IMG/VR virus record: IMGVR_UViG_3300020202_000001 | Span: 1-64,000 of that record | Direction: 5' to 3' (one strand) | Length of the DNA stretch: 64,000 nt | Shown: positions 9,264 to 17,917 of the stretch, in pieces | How positions within the stretch are numbered: position 1 is the stretch's first letter | Layout of the letters: each line of letters starts with the position of its first letter | Position numbers and translations under genes: made by a program | The notes under the pieces: generated by a model | What the model was told of the DNA's origin: nothing | The model's database searches: none | Seen by the model: only the letters and a program-made list of their open reading frames with translations

Positions 9264-9600
9264 TGGACGGGACACGCTTCGGCGGGGTATGCTAGTAGCA
9301 GGTAAGCCGTTGGCCGCGAGCGTCGGCCGGTAATGGACGGGTGGCGATGCCAAGGATGGCGACACCACCCACGGAACGGCGTCATGGCGTGAAGGCCCGA
9401 CGCCCGGTGGTGCGACGGAACGCTCAATTCGCCGTCGCAAACGGAGTCACGCTTAGCGGCGTGATACCACGGAGCCGGAAACCGACTCGGACGCGGCGGG
9501 CGAACCGCCGTGACAACCCCGAGGTGGCTGGGGAAACCGGCAGCGAGCTTACCGCAGTACAACGCACGGACGTACCCGTAGAGTCACGGAGGACTCGCCA
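9264..9600 (+). promoter_or_regulatory. putative promoter plus long GGA-rich structured leader or sRNA
   Basis: TGGACG-18-TATGCT; 8 ANGGA motifs in 9333-9591, three in clean hexaloop hairpins. Confidence 0.5.
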
Positions 9601-10073
9601 TGCCCGGCCACATTCTCGCCCAGAGCCTCGACACCTGGAACCCGCTGACCGTCATCATCGCAGCGGCGGTCCTGATCTACGTCGCCTGCCAGGGGGCCGT
9701 GATGGTCATCCGCGCCCTCCGCGGCGACAAGGAGAAGACCAGCTTCGAGCAGCAGATGGGCGGCATCCTGAGCCGGCTCGGCAACGTCGAGCAGCAGACC
9801 GGGAGCATCGCCAAGGACTTCGTCCCGCCCGACGCCTTCGCCGGGATGCTCAAAGGCCAGGTCCTCGACACGATCCTCGAAATCCAGCGGAGCCAGGACC
9901 AGCACGCGGCACTCGCGCGGCCGGTCGTCCCCCCGGCTCCGGTGGGCACCACGCAGACCACGGTCGCCGCCACGACGACCACGACGCAGCCCGTTCGGGC
10001 CGCAGCCCCCCGCCCGGCTCCAGCGCCGGGCACCGCCGTCCACACGGCGGCCGGGGCACTCGGTCAGCGATAG
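9600..10073 (+). CDS. membrane protein (N-terminal TM)
   Basis: Hydrophobic LTVIIAAAVLIYVAC; SD in hairpin. Confidence 0.6.
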   Translation: MPGHILAQSLDTWNPLTVIIAAAVLIYVACQGAVMVIRALRGDKEKTSFEQQMGGILSRLGNVEQQTGSIAKDFVPPDAFAGMLKGQVLDTILEIQRSQDQHAALARPVVPPAPVGTTQTTVAATTTTTQPVRAAAPRPAPAPGTAVHTAAGALGQR

Positions 10074-10105
10074 ACCAGCGGGGAAGGAAGGCGTGACGGG
10101 TCAGG

Positions 10106-10690
10106 ATGGCCAAGTCGCGACGTAAACCCGAACGCACGGAGGCGTTTGTGCCAGTCAACGAAACCGAGTTTGACGCCGTTAAGGATCGGCTCACACGCAC
10201 GGAGTCGACCCTCTCCCAGGTCGTCGACTCGGTGGGCCAGGTAGCCGCCACCCAGCAGCAGCAGCAGGCGGCCCTCGGCTCCCTGTCGAGCGACATGCAA
10301 TCGCTGCTGACGCTGATGAAGACCAAGGACGGCCGCCTGGACATCCGCCTGCTGATGGCGGTGATCGGCGGGCTGGCCGCCGTCATCGTCCCGCTCGGGG
10401 CCATGTTCCTCGCCCCGCTCAAGACCCAGGTCGACAACCTGCAGCTGCAGATGATCCGCGATTTGGGCAACACCCGGACGGACATCGACGTGCTTCGCAA
10501 GGACGGGGCACCCGTGATCCGCGAGCGGCTGGCGGTCGACGAGGAGCGGGCTAGGATCACCGCCGCTCAGATCGCCGAGCTGCAGGACCGTGAGCGGGCC
10601 AGGCTGGAGGCGGAGGCCGCCGCCGGCCGGCGGTTCCTCTACGGCGGCACCCCGGCCCCGCACGTCCCCGCCCCGAAGGACACGCCATGA
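10106..10690 (+). CDS. coiled-coil protein with central TM segment
   Basis: LLMAVIGGLAAVIVPLGAMFL flanked by helical regions. Confidence 0.6.
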   Translation: MAKSRRKPERTEAFVPVNETEFDAVKDRLTRTESTLSQVVDSVGQVAATQQQQQAALGSLSSDMQSLLTLMKTKDGRLDIRLLMAVIGGLAAVIVPLGAMFLAPLKTQVDNLQLQMIRDLGNTRTDIDVLRKDGAPVIRERLAVDEERARITAAQIAELQDRERARLEAEAAAGRRFLYGGTPAPHVPAPKDTP

Positions 10691-11241
10691 TCGAAGTGCT
10701 CGACGGCCCCGGCTACTGGGACAGGCAGGCGTACGCCCTCGGCAGGCTCAAGGCCGCCGAGGACGACACGCCGACGCCCTCCTACAGCATGTCCGGCCTC
10801 CTGTACGTCTCCGAGGCGTCGGGGCGGCCGTGGGCGTGCCTGTCCGTGCCGAACGCCCTGGTCCGTGGCATGTTCGACGCGCTGACCGAGCCGGGGATCG
10901 AGCTGCCGATGACGGACGGGAAGCTGAACGCGCACATCAGCGTCTTCCGGCCCGAAGAGATCGAGATGCTGGGCGGACCCGAGGCACTAAAAAACGACCG
11001 AGGGAAGCCCTTTCGGTACTCCCTCGGTCGTCTGGTCGAGTTGACCCCGGCGGCTTGGGCCGACATGGCCAAGTGCTGGGTGCTTAGGGTTCATTCGCCC
11101 GAGCTGCAACAGCTGCGTCGAAGCCATGGGCTCTCGGGGCTGCCGAAGGACGGCGAGTACGACTTCCACATCACGGTGGCTGTCAGGCGGAAGGGCGTAC
11201 TCGGTCGCAACGACACCGCCAAGGCTACGGACGCGGCTTAG
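10687..11241 (+). CDS. 2H phosphoesterase superfamily protein
   Basis: Two Hx[S/T]x motifs, HISV and HITV, ~78 aa apart. Confidence 0.75.
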   Translation: MIEVLDGPGYWDRQAYALGRLKAAEDDTPTPSYSMSGLLYVSEASGRPWACLSVPNALVRGMFDALTEPGIELPMTDGKLNAHISVFRPEEIEMLGGPEALKNDRGKPFRYSLGRLVELTPAAWADMAKCWVLRVHSPELQQLRRSHGLSGLPKDGEYDFHITVAVRRKGVLGRNDTAKATDAA

Positions 11242-11729
11242 CAGGCCAGGCTAGGGGCGAAAGGGGACGGGGCCGCCTGACGGTTCTCGCGGCGGATCGC
11301 CTCGTACACTTCCTTACGGTGGACCGGGACGTCGGCCGGGGCCACGAACCCGAGCCGGACCTTGTCGCCGCGGATGTCGACGACCGTGTACTCGCAGGCC
11401 GTGGGTACCTTGTACCCCTCGCCCCTGCCGGCCGCGACCGCGTCGGCGAACTTCTGCAGCTCCGCGGGCTCCACCAGCACGATCGACTCGTCCCGCTGGC
11501 GGGAGAGGACGAGGTTGCCCCCGCCCTTGCGCTCGCGGACCGGCGGCGGCTGGTTGCCCCGGGCGATGTCCTGTAGGATCTGGACGTAGAGTTCCTTGCG
11601 GTAGACCTGGTACTGCTCCGGGGCCTTGATGCCGGTACGGACCTTGTCGCCGCGGATGTCAACGACGGTGACCTCGACGTCATCGCCGATGAGCGTGGAC
11701 TCGTCTCGTTGACGGGAGAGAACGAGCAT
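11238..11729 (-). CDS. csrA: tandem two-domain carbon storage regulator CsrA/RsmA
   Basis: Two repeats of LVLSRQRDES...TVVDIRGDKVR.G..AP....V.RKE.Y; the only well-supported minus-strand gene. Confidence 0.92.
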   Translation of the reverse strand: MLVLSRQRDESTLIGDDVEVTVVDIRGDKVRTGIKAPEQYQVYRKELYVQILQDIARGNQPPPVRERKGGGNLVLSRQRDESIVLVEPAELQKFADAVAAGRGEGYKVPTACEYTVVDIRGDKVRLGFVAPADVPVHRKEVYEAIRRENRQAAPSPFAPSLAC

Positions 11730-11730
11730 G

Positions 11731-11746
11731 ATCGACTCCTTTCGAT
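11731..11746 (-). promoter_or_regulatory. CsrA-type hairpin over the csrA RBS (possible autoregulation)
   Basis: Minus strand reads ATCGA-AAGGAG-TCGAT immediately before the ATG. Confidence 0.65.
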
Positions 11747-11765
11747 GCAGGAAGAATCGGGAAAA

Positions 11766-11794
11766 TTGACTTCCTGACAGCCGGTAAAGATACT
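11766..11794 (+). promoter_or_regulatory. putative sigma70-type promoter
   Basis: TTGACT-17 bp-GATACT. Confidence 0.5.
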
Positions 11795-11838
11795 ACCCCC
11801 GAACGGGGGACGACACAAGCAACACTGGACACATTGCC

Positions 11839-13542
11839 ATGGATGGCACGACGACCGCGCAAATCTGTCTTCCGCGGGTGGAGCTGCCCCCGAGCGGACT
11901 GAACAACGCCCGCTTGGCCTTGTCGAAGCTGGGTGAGGCCCGAGCCCTCGCCGAAGAGGTGGCTTCCGCGGCTGCCGCCACGGACGTAAAACCCACCCTC
12001 GCTCAGCGTAAAGCCGGTAACTACAAGAAGGGGAAGGTCGCCATCCATGGCCTTGTGGTCTCCGTCGAAAACCCTCGGGGCTCATACCGCGAGGGGACCG
12101 CACCGGACGGAAGCAAGTGGCGTACCAAGATGGAGCACCACTACGGCGCGATCACGGGTACGACAGGACGTGACGGCGACGCGGTCGACGTGTTCGTCGG
12201 CCCCGACCCCGACTGCGAGCTGGTGTTCGTGGTCAACCAGAACGACCCGGCGACCGGCCGGTTCGACGAGCACAAGGTCATGCTCGGGTTCACGACCGAG
12301 GCCGACGCGCGGGCCGGGTACCTGGCCTGCTACGAGAAGGGGTGGAAGGGGCTCGGCTCGATCAAGCCGATGACCCTCGACGATTTCAAAAACCGGTTTT
12401 TGAAAGGCGACCTCACCAAGAGGGCCAAGGAAGGCGACCATGCCCGTAGCGAAGATGCCGCCGCAGAAGGTGAACCTGACCGGGAAGATCCTGCGGGGGA
12501 AGGACGGCCGCCGGCGGCAGATGGTCAGCGGCCAGCTCGTGATGCTCGACGGCCCGACGACGCCGGCGAGCAGGGCGGCGACTCCATCCTCGCCGGCCTC
12601 CCCGACGCCGCCGACCGGGAACCACCTGCTGTCGCCGCCGATGGTGATCGCGGACGCGGACGGCCTGGCGAAGGCGGCGAGCCGGGGGCTGAAGGTGGGC
12701 GTGCTGCGGTACCCGGACGGGTCGCTGGCGGTGGTGCACGGCCTGTCGGGGAAGAACCTGCTGACGGACCGCGGCCGGATCGACATGATGGTGACGCAGG
12801 CGGGCCACGACCCGAAGCGGCTGGTGAAGTTCGGGGAGATGAAGGCGGCGGACGTGATCCGCTACCGGCGGGAGAACGCGAAGCTCGCGAACCAGCCGAG
12901 CGGGCGGATGAAGGAGGCGGACGCGGACGCTGGACCGATCTACTCGCTGGTCTCGTCGGGCCTGCTGACGAGCGAGGAGGCGATGGCGATCCTGGGGACG
13001 ATCACGACGCCGACGCCGCAGACGCCGCACGGCCGGCTCCGGGCGATGGGCTTCAAGGACGAGCTGATCGAGACGATCGTGCGGGACAGCCCGGCGTCGC
13101 CGACGATGCTGGCGTCGCCGGCGGCGGCCCCGCCGATGATCCCCAAGCCGGCCAAGGAGAGGAAGCGGCGGATCGACCAGCTCCCCGACCCAAGACCGTA
13201 GCCGTCGACCTCGACGGCACGCTCGCCGAGGAGTACGAGACGTTCGACCCGAAGGTGATCGGCGAGCCGATGCCCGACGTCGTCGCCTGGCTCCGCAAGT
13301 TCAAGGCGACCGGGGCCGTCGTCATCATCTGGACCGTCCGCGGCGACGACGCCCTGGTCAAGGCCTGGGCCGACAAGCACCAGATCCCGTACGACTACAT
13401 CAACGAGAACCCGCACCAGCCGCCGGACAGCAGCGGCAAGCTCGTCGCCGACGTCTACCTCGACAACCGGGCGATCCGGGCGGAGGGGACGTGGGACGAG
13501 TTCGCGCCGGCGGTGCTGGAGCAACTTCAGGAGGCCGCATGA
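11839..13542 (+). CDS. inorganic-pyrophosphatase-like (polyvalent-protein InPase) domain + disordered linker + HAD phosphatase domain; start uncertain
   Basis: AGNYKKG..ENPRGS..YG.I.GT.G.DGDAVDVF..FDEHKVMLGF; C-terminal AVDLDGTLA and DVYLDNRA. Confidence 0.7.
   Translation: MDGTTTAQICLPRVELPPSGLNNARLALSKLGEARALAEEVASAAAATDVKPTLAQRKAGNYKKGKVAIHGLVVSVENPRGSYREGTAPDGSKWRTKMEHHYGAITGTTGRDGDAVDVFVGPDPDCELVFVVNQNDPATGRFDEHKVMLGFTTEADARAGYLACYEKGWKGLGSIKPMTLDDFKNRFLKGDLTKRAKEGDHARSEDAAAEGEPDREDPAGEGRPPAADGQRPARDARRPDDAGEQGGDSILAGLPDAADREPPAVAADGDRGRGRPGEGGEPGAEGGRAAVPGRVAGGGARPVGEEPADGPRPDRHDGDAGGPRPEAAGEVRGDEGGGRDPLPAGEREAREPAERADEGGGRGRWTDLLAGLVGPADERGGDGDPGDDHDADAADAARPAPGDGLQGRADRDDRAGQPGVADDAGVAGGGPADDPQAGQGEEAADRPAPRPKTVAVDLDGTLAEEYETFDPKVIGEPMPDVVAWLRKFKATGAVVIIWTVRGDDALVKAWADKHQIPYDYINENPHQPPDSSGKLVADVYLDNRAIRAEGTWDEFAPAVLEQLQEAA
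12384..12405. repeat. dispersed palindromic motif copy 3 (intragenic, perfect 22-bp palindrome)
   Basis: TTTCAAAAACCGGTTTTTGAAA. Confidence 0.9.
12440..13201 (+). CDS. hypothetical protein nested in another frame within the InPase-HAD ORF
   Basis: Own GCC-AAGGAA-GGC hairpin/RBS; this frame has the genome-typical GC3 and normal amino-acid composition. Confidence 0.65.
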   Translation: MPVAKMPPQKVNLTGKILRGKDGRRRQMVSGQLVMLDGPTTPASRAATPSSPASPTPPTGNHLLSPPMVIADADGLAKAASRGLKVGVLRYPDGSLAVVHGLSGKNLLTDRGRIDMMVTQAGHDPKRLVKFGEMKAADVIRYRRENAKLANQPSGRMKEADADAGPIYSLVSSGLLTSEEAMAILGTITTPTPQTPHGRLRAMGFKDELIETIVRDSPASPTMLASPAAAPPMIPKPAKERKRRIDQLPDPRP

Positions 13543-14018
13543 CGTTCGATCCGAACAAGGTCCAGGTCGTTCCCGCGACCGAGGGCACGACCTACTCGAT
13601 GATCCTCGGGCCGGACGGCAAGCCCGCCCCGGTCCCGCCCCCGGAGCCGCCGAAGCACCAGGTCGGCTTCTACGCCTACGAGACGGTCGGCTACACGCCG
13701 GTCGACCCGTACCCGCAGCCGGTGCCGACCGTCGAGGAGATCGCGGCCCGGTTCCGCGAGGCGCTGGTGCCGTTCATCGGGAAGACGAACGTGACGCAGC
13801 AGCTCGTCACGGCGATCAAGGAGCAGGTGGCAGACATCCTCGACGCGCACGGCCCGCGGTTCACGGTCGAGGCGGTGCCCGAGGAGTCGACGCCCGACAA
13901 GCTGACCGTGCGGATCAGGACCGACGACCCGGTCCTCGGCGCGATGCTCCGCGAGGCGATGAACGCCCCGACCGGCGACGCGTCGATCGAGATGGACTTC
14001 CAACCCGAGAAGCAGTGA
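13539..14018 (+). CDS. hypothetical protein
   Basis: AGGAGG SD, ATGA overlap. Confidence 0.6.
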   Translation: MTFDPNKVQVVPATEGTTYSMILGPDGKPAPVPPPEPPKHQVGFYAYETVGYTPVDPYPQPVPTVEEIAARFREALVPFIGKTNVTQQLVTAIKEQVADILDAHGPRFTVEAVPEESTPDKLTVRIRTDDPVLGAMLREAMNAPTGDASIEMDFQPEKQ

Positions 14019-14362
14019 TGCCCACAGCACAAGAGAAGGCCCACCGCCTGGAACGGCTGATCGCCCTGTACGGAACCGACGACGTCGAGGAGATCGCCCG
14101 CGCGCTGGGCTGCTCCGTCAACGACGTGACGCTCGACCACCTGCCCAACATGGGCGGCGACGGGTTCGGCAACCCGCCCCTCCCGCTGGTCATGAACACA
14201 ACAACGGACAACACCCAAAATCCGTTGTTCAAATTGTGGCAGGACGGACAGACGAGGCCGTTGCATCCCCCGAAGAGGGGGTCCACAATAGGCGGTGCCG
14301 CACTGGAGGCCGCGGTGGCCGCAGTGGTAGACGGCTTGAAGGGTCCGGGTTTGCGTAAGTAG
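14018..14362 (+). CDS. hypothetical protein, possible N-terminal HTH
   Basis: VEEIARALGCSVNDV. Confidence 0.45.
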   Translation: MPTAQEKAHRLERLIALYGTDDVEEIARALGCSVNDVTLDHLPNMGGDGFGNPPLPLVMNTTTDNTQNPLFKLWQDGQTRPLHPPKRGSTIGGAALEAAVAAVVDGLKGPGLRK

Positions 14363-14380
14363 CTGCCGCTCAGCTATACT
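14351..14380 (+). promoter_or_regulatory. sigma70-type promoter for the RNR genes
   Basis: TTGCGT-18 bp-TATACT. Confidence 0.6.
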
Positions 14381-14514
14381 GCCCCGGGCAATTTCAACGA
14401 ATCGTGCGAAGGCAAGGAGGCCACACGTCAGCCTCCTCTTCGCGACTATGTCAGGCCCGACCTAACCGCCGGCAAACGGTGGGTCGGGCGAGGAAGTTCT
14501 AGGAGAGCTGGACT

Positions 14515-15840
14515 ATGTCCCAGGTTCCAACAGCCGCGTCGCCGTCCCCCGACATCAAGGTCCGCAAGCGGTCGGGCAAGGTGGTCGACTTCGCGACGAA
14601 GAAGATCGTGCAGGCCGTGCGGCTCTGCCTCGTGAACGGGTGCCGCCGCGAGGACAACGACGACACGACGACGCTCGCCACGCGGGTCGCCGAACGCATC
14701 ACGGTGATCCTCTCCCGCAACCCCGGCTCCACCGTCACGGTCGAGCACATCCAAGACCTCGCCGAGACGGTGCTCATGTCGTTCGGCGAGCACGACGCCG
14801 CCAAGCACTACATCCTGTTCCGCGACGAGCGCCGCCGCCTGCGGGAAGAGCAGGAGGCCAAGCGGGTCTCGATCTTCAAGAAGCGCGAGGCGTTCAAGCC
14901 GTTCGAGTACCCCGACGTCGTCGCCTACAAGAAGGCGATCCAGCACGCCTACTGGACCGTCGACGAGTTCGAGTTCATCAGCGACCACCACGAGTTCCAC
15001 GTCAAGCTGCAGCCGTACGAGCGGGAGGCGATCACCCGCGCCCTGCTCGCCATCGCGCAGATCGAGGTCAGCGTCAAGCGGTTCTGGGCGAACATCGGGC
15101 TCCGCTTCCCGAAGGCCGAGATCGAGCAGGTGGGCATGGTGTTCGCGGAGAGCGAGGTCCGCCACGCCGACGCCTACTCGCACCTGCTGCAGGTCCTCGG
15201 GCTCGACAGCGCGTTCGACGACATCCTCAAGGTCCCGGCCATCCGCGCCCGCGTCGACTACCTGCAGGAGTCCCTCAAGGGGGCCGGCAAGTCGGAGGAC
15301 GACGAGTACGCCATGACCCTCGCCCTGTTCTCCCTGTTCGTGGAGAACGTCTCGCTGTTCAGCCAGTTCGCGATCGTGAAGAGCTTCAACAAGCACCGGC
15401 AGGTGCTCAAGGACGTCGACAACGTCGTCCAGGCGACGCAGAAGGAAGAGCAGGTTCACGCCCTGTTCGGCGTCTGCCTCGTCAACCACATCCGCGCCGA
15501 GCGGCCCGAGTGGTTCGGGTCCGACTTCTACGACAGGCTCAACGCCATCGCCCAACGGGCGTTCGAGGCGGAGTCCAAGATCATCGACTGGATCTTCGCG
15601 GAGGGCGAGCTGCCCTTCCTCCCGAAGGCGTCGCTGGTCGAGTTCATCAAGCACCGCATGAACGAGAGCATCGCCATGATCGGCGGCTCGGGCCACTTCA
15701 TCGTGGACGAGCAGGCGATCGAGGGCATGCGGTGGTTCACCGACGAGATCGCGGCCGACGTTCGCGCTGACTTCTTCCACAAGCGGAACGTGCTGTACAC
15801 GCAGGGCGAGAAGGCGTACGACGCCAACTCGCTCTTCTGA
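14515..15840 (+). CDS. nrdB: class I ribonucleotide reductase beta subunit with N-terminal ATP cone (class Id/NrdBi-like)
   Basis: VRKRSGKVVDF..KI..AV, VEHIQDLAE ATP cone; QIEVSVK, ESEVRHADAY, ENVSLFSQF, EEQVH; DFFHKR..Y. Confidence 0.93.
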   Translation: MSQVPTAASPSPDIKVRKRSGKVVDFATKKIVQAVRLCLVNGCRREDNDDTTTLATRVAERITVILSRNPGSTVTVEHIQDLAETVLMSFGEHDAAKHYILFRDERRRLREEQEAKRVSIFKKREAFKPFEYPDVVAYKKAIQHAYWTVDEFEFISDHHEFHVKLQPYEREAITRALLAIAQIEVSVKRFWANIGLRFPKAEIEQVGMVFAESEVRHADAYSHLLQVLGLDSAFDDILKVPAIRARVDYLQESLKGAGKSEDDEYAMTLALFSLFVENVSLFSQFAIVKSFNKHRQVLKDVDNVVQATQKEEQVHALFGVCLVNHIRAERPEWFGSDFYDRLNAIAQRAFEAESKIIDWIFAEGELPFLPKASLVEFIKHRMNESIAMIGGSGHFIVDEQAIEGMRWFTDEIAADVRADFFHKRNVLYTQGEKAYDANSLF

Positions 15841-15917
15841 TTTCCCGGCGGACGCTTCCCGACACTCGACCGGACCACGGCGGCCCCGCGCCGCCACGAC
15901 GACCTTTGGGACAACTC

Positions 15918-17645
15918 ATGAGCACGAACGATTACGTCTGGCTGAACCCCGACTCGCAACGCTTCCTCGAAATGGACTACCTGCTGCCCGGCCAGACGGT
16001 CGACCAGCGGGTCGACATCATCTGCAACCGCGCCGAAGAGATCCTGAACCGCGACGGCGTGAAGCGGCCGGGGTGGGCCGCGAGGTTCAAGGCGAACGTC
16101 AAGAAGGGCTGGTACAGCTTCTCGTCGCCGGTGTGGGCCAACTTCGGCGTCACCCGCGGGCTGCCGATCAGCTGCTTCGGCTGCAACATCAACGACAGCG
16201 TGAAGAGCATCATGCAGGCCCACTACGAGGCCGGCATGATGTCCAAGTACGGCGGCGGGACCAGCGGCTACTTCGGCAACATCCGACCGCGCGGCACCCC
16301 GATCAAGGACAACGGCGAGTCGGCCGGCACGGCCAACTTCGCCCTGATGTTCGAGACGCTCATCAAGGTCATCAGCCAGGGCAGCACCCGCCGCGGGCAG
16401 TTCGCCGGCTACTGGCCGATCGAGCACGGCGACATCATGGAGGTCCTGCAGTTCCGCTCGAAGGGGCACGACATCAAGCAGATGTCCTTCGGCGTGTGCG
16501 TCCCCGACGAGTTCATGGAGCGGATGATCGGCGGCGACATGAAGGCCCGCCAGATCTGGGCCGAGGTCCTCAAGGCCCGCGCCCGCACCGGCTACCCGTA
16601 CATCCTGTTCATCGACAACGCGAACAAGTACGCCGTCGACGTCTACCGCGACAAGGGGATGCGGATCGTCGCGAGCAACCTGTGCACGGAGATCATGCTC
16701 CCGGCGACGGCCGGCGACTCGCTGACCGAGCAGGCGACCGGCGTCCGCACGACGGGCGGCGCGGCCGAGGAGGGCGAGAGCTTCGTGTGCGACCTCGGCT
16801 CGATGAACGACCGGTACTACGACGACTGGAAGGACACCGACGCCGTCCAGCTGAAGGTCGAGTTCCTCGACGCCGTCATGACGGACTTCATCGACCGGGC
16901 CACGGGCAAGGCCGGGATGGAGCGGGCCGTGCGGTTCGCGACCCGACACCGCGCCCTCGGACTCGGACAGCTCGGGTACCACGACTACCTGCAGTACAAG
17001 AACGTGCCGTTCGAGAGCATGCAGGCCAAGCGGTACAACGCCGAGATCTCGCAGACGATCCAGCGGCAGGCCCTCGAAGCGTCCCGCCGGCTCGCGGCCG
17101 ACTACGGCGAGCCGGAAGTGCTCAAGGGGTACGGCCGGCGGAACACGACGCTGACCGCGATCGCCCCGACGATGTCGTCCAGCTTCATCCTCGGCGGCGC
17201 GTCGCAGGGCATCGAGCCGTGGCAGGCGAACTACTTCATCCGCGACCTGCAGAAGGGGAAGTTCACCATCGTCAACCAGCAGCTCAAGGCGGTGCTGGCG
17301 GCGAAGGGCAAGGACGACCGCGAGACGTGGGAGTCGATCCTCAAGCACGGCGGCAGCGTCCAGCACCTCGACTGCCTCGACGCCCACGAGAAGGACGTCT
17401 ACAAGACGTTCGCCGAGATCAACCCGATGGAGATCGTCGTGCAGGCGGCGCAGCGGCAGAAGTACCTGTGCCAGGGCCAGTCGACGAACCTGCTGATCGA
17501 CCCCAAGGTGTCGGTGAAGGACGTCAACGCCCTGTACGTCGAGGCCTGGCGTCTCGGGGTGAAGTCGCTGTACTATCAGATCAACGAGAACGCCGCGCAG
17601 CAGTTGAGCCGGTCGATCCTCACCTGTTCGAGCTGCGAGGGCTGA
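15918..17645 (+). CDS. nrdA: class I ribonucleotide reductase alpha subunit (no ATP cone)
   Basis: LPISCF, GGGTS, SNLCTEI, AIAPTMSSS, KSLYY, C-terminal CSSCEG. Confidence 0.95.
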   Translation: MSTNDYVWLNPDSQRFLEMDYLLPGQTVDQRVDIICNRAEEILNRDGVKRPGWAARFKANVKKGWYSFSSPVWANFGVTRGLPISCFGCNINDSVKSIMQAHYEAGMMSKYGGGTSGYFGNIRPRGTPIKDNGESAGTANFALMFETLIKVISQGSTRRGQFAGYWPIEHGDIMEVLQFRSKGHDIKQMSFGVCVPDEFMERMIGGDMKARQIWAEVLKARARTGYPYILFIDNANKYAVDVYRDKGMRIVASNLCTEIMLPATAGDSLTEQATGVRTTGGAAEEGESFVCDLGSMNDRYYDDWKDTDAVQLKVEFLDAVMTDFIDRATGKAGMERAVRFATRHRALGLGQLGYHDYLQYKNVPFESMQAKRYNAEISQTIQRQALEASRRLAADYGEPEVLKGYGRRNTTLTAIAPTMSSSFILGGASQGIEPWQANYFIRDLQKGKFTIVNQQLKAVLAAKGKDDRETWESILKHGGSVQHLDCLDAHEKDVYKTFAEINPMEIVVQAAQRQKYLCQGQSTNLLIDPKVSVKDVNALYVEAWRLGVKSLYYQINENAAQQLSRSILTCSSCEG

Positions 17646-17722
17646 GCACGCCGGTAGTCGTGCGGGTGACGTAGCCCGCCGACGCTCACGGCAAGAGACC
17701 CCTCCGTTCTAGGAGACGCGCC

Positions 17723-17800
17723 ATGGCCACGAAGAAGGCTCCCGCGAAGAAGCCGGCCGCCAAGAAGCCGGCCGCGAAGAAGACGACCAAGGGCAAGTAA
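17723..17800 (+). CDS. 25-aa Lys/Ala/Pro-rich histone-H1-tail-like peptide
   Basis: MATKKAPAKKPAAKKPAAKKTTKGK; AGGAG SD; terminator follows; below the ORF-track cutoff. Confidence 0.7.
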   Translation: MATKKAPAKKPAAKKPAAKKTTKGK

Positions 17801-17826
17801 GCCCGGTCGCCACGCACCACGAACAC

Positions 17827-17864
17827 GGACGCCCCGGGCCACGCTCGGGGCGTCCTGCTTTATT
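17827..17864 (+). terminator. intrinsic terminator
   Basis: GGACGCCCCG/CGGGGCGTCC stem + TGCTTTATT. Confidence 0.7.
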
Positions 17865-17917
17865 AGTCGGCCCCGCCCGTGGTATCATCGAAGGGCTGAC
17901 AACACTGGAGACGCGAC

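Noticed and set aside
9341-10096. 251-aa Arg-rich ORF
   Set aside because: Shadow of ORF 9600-10073 plus a non-coding leader.
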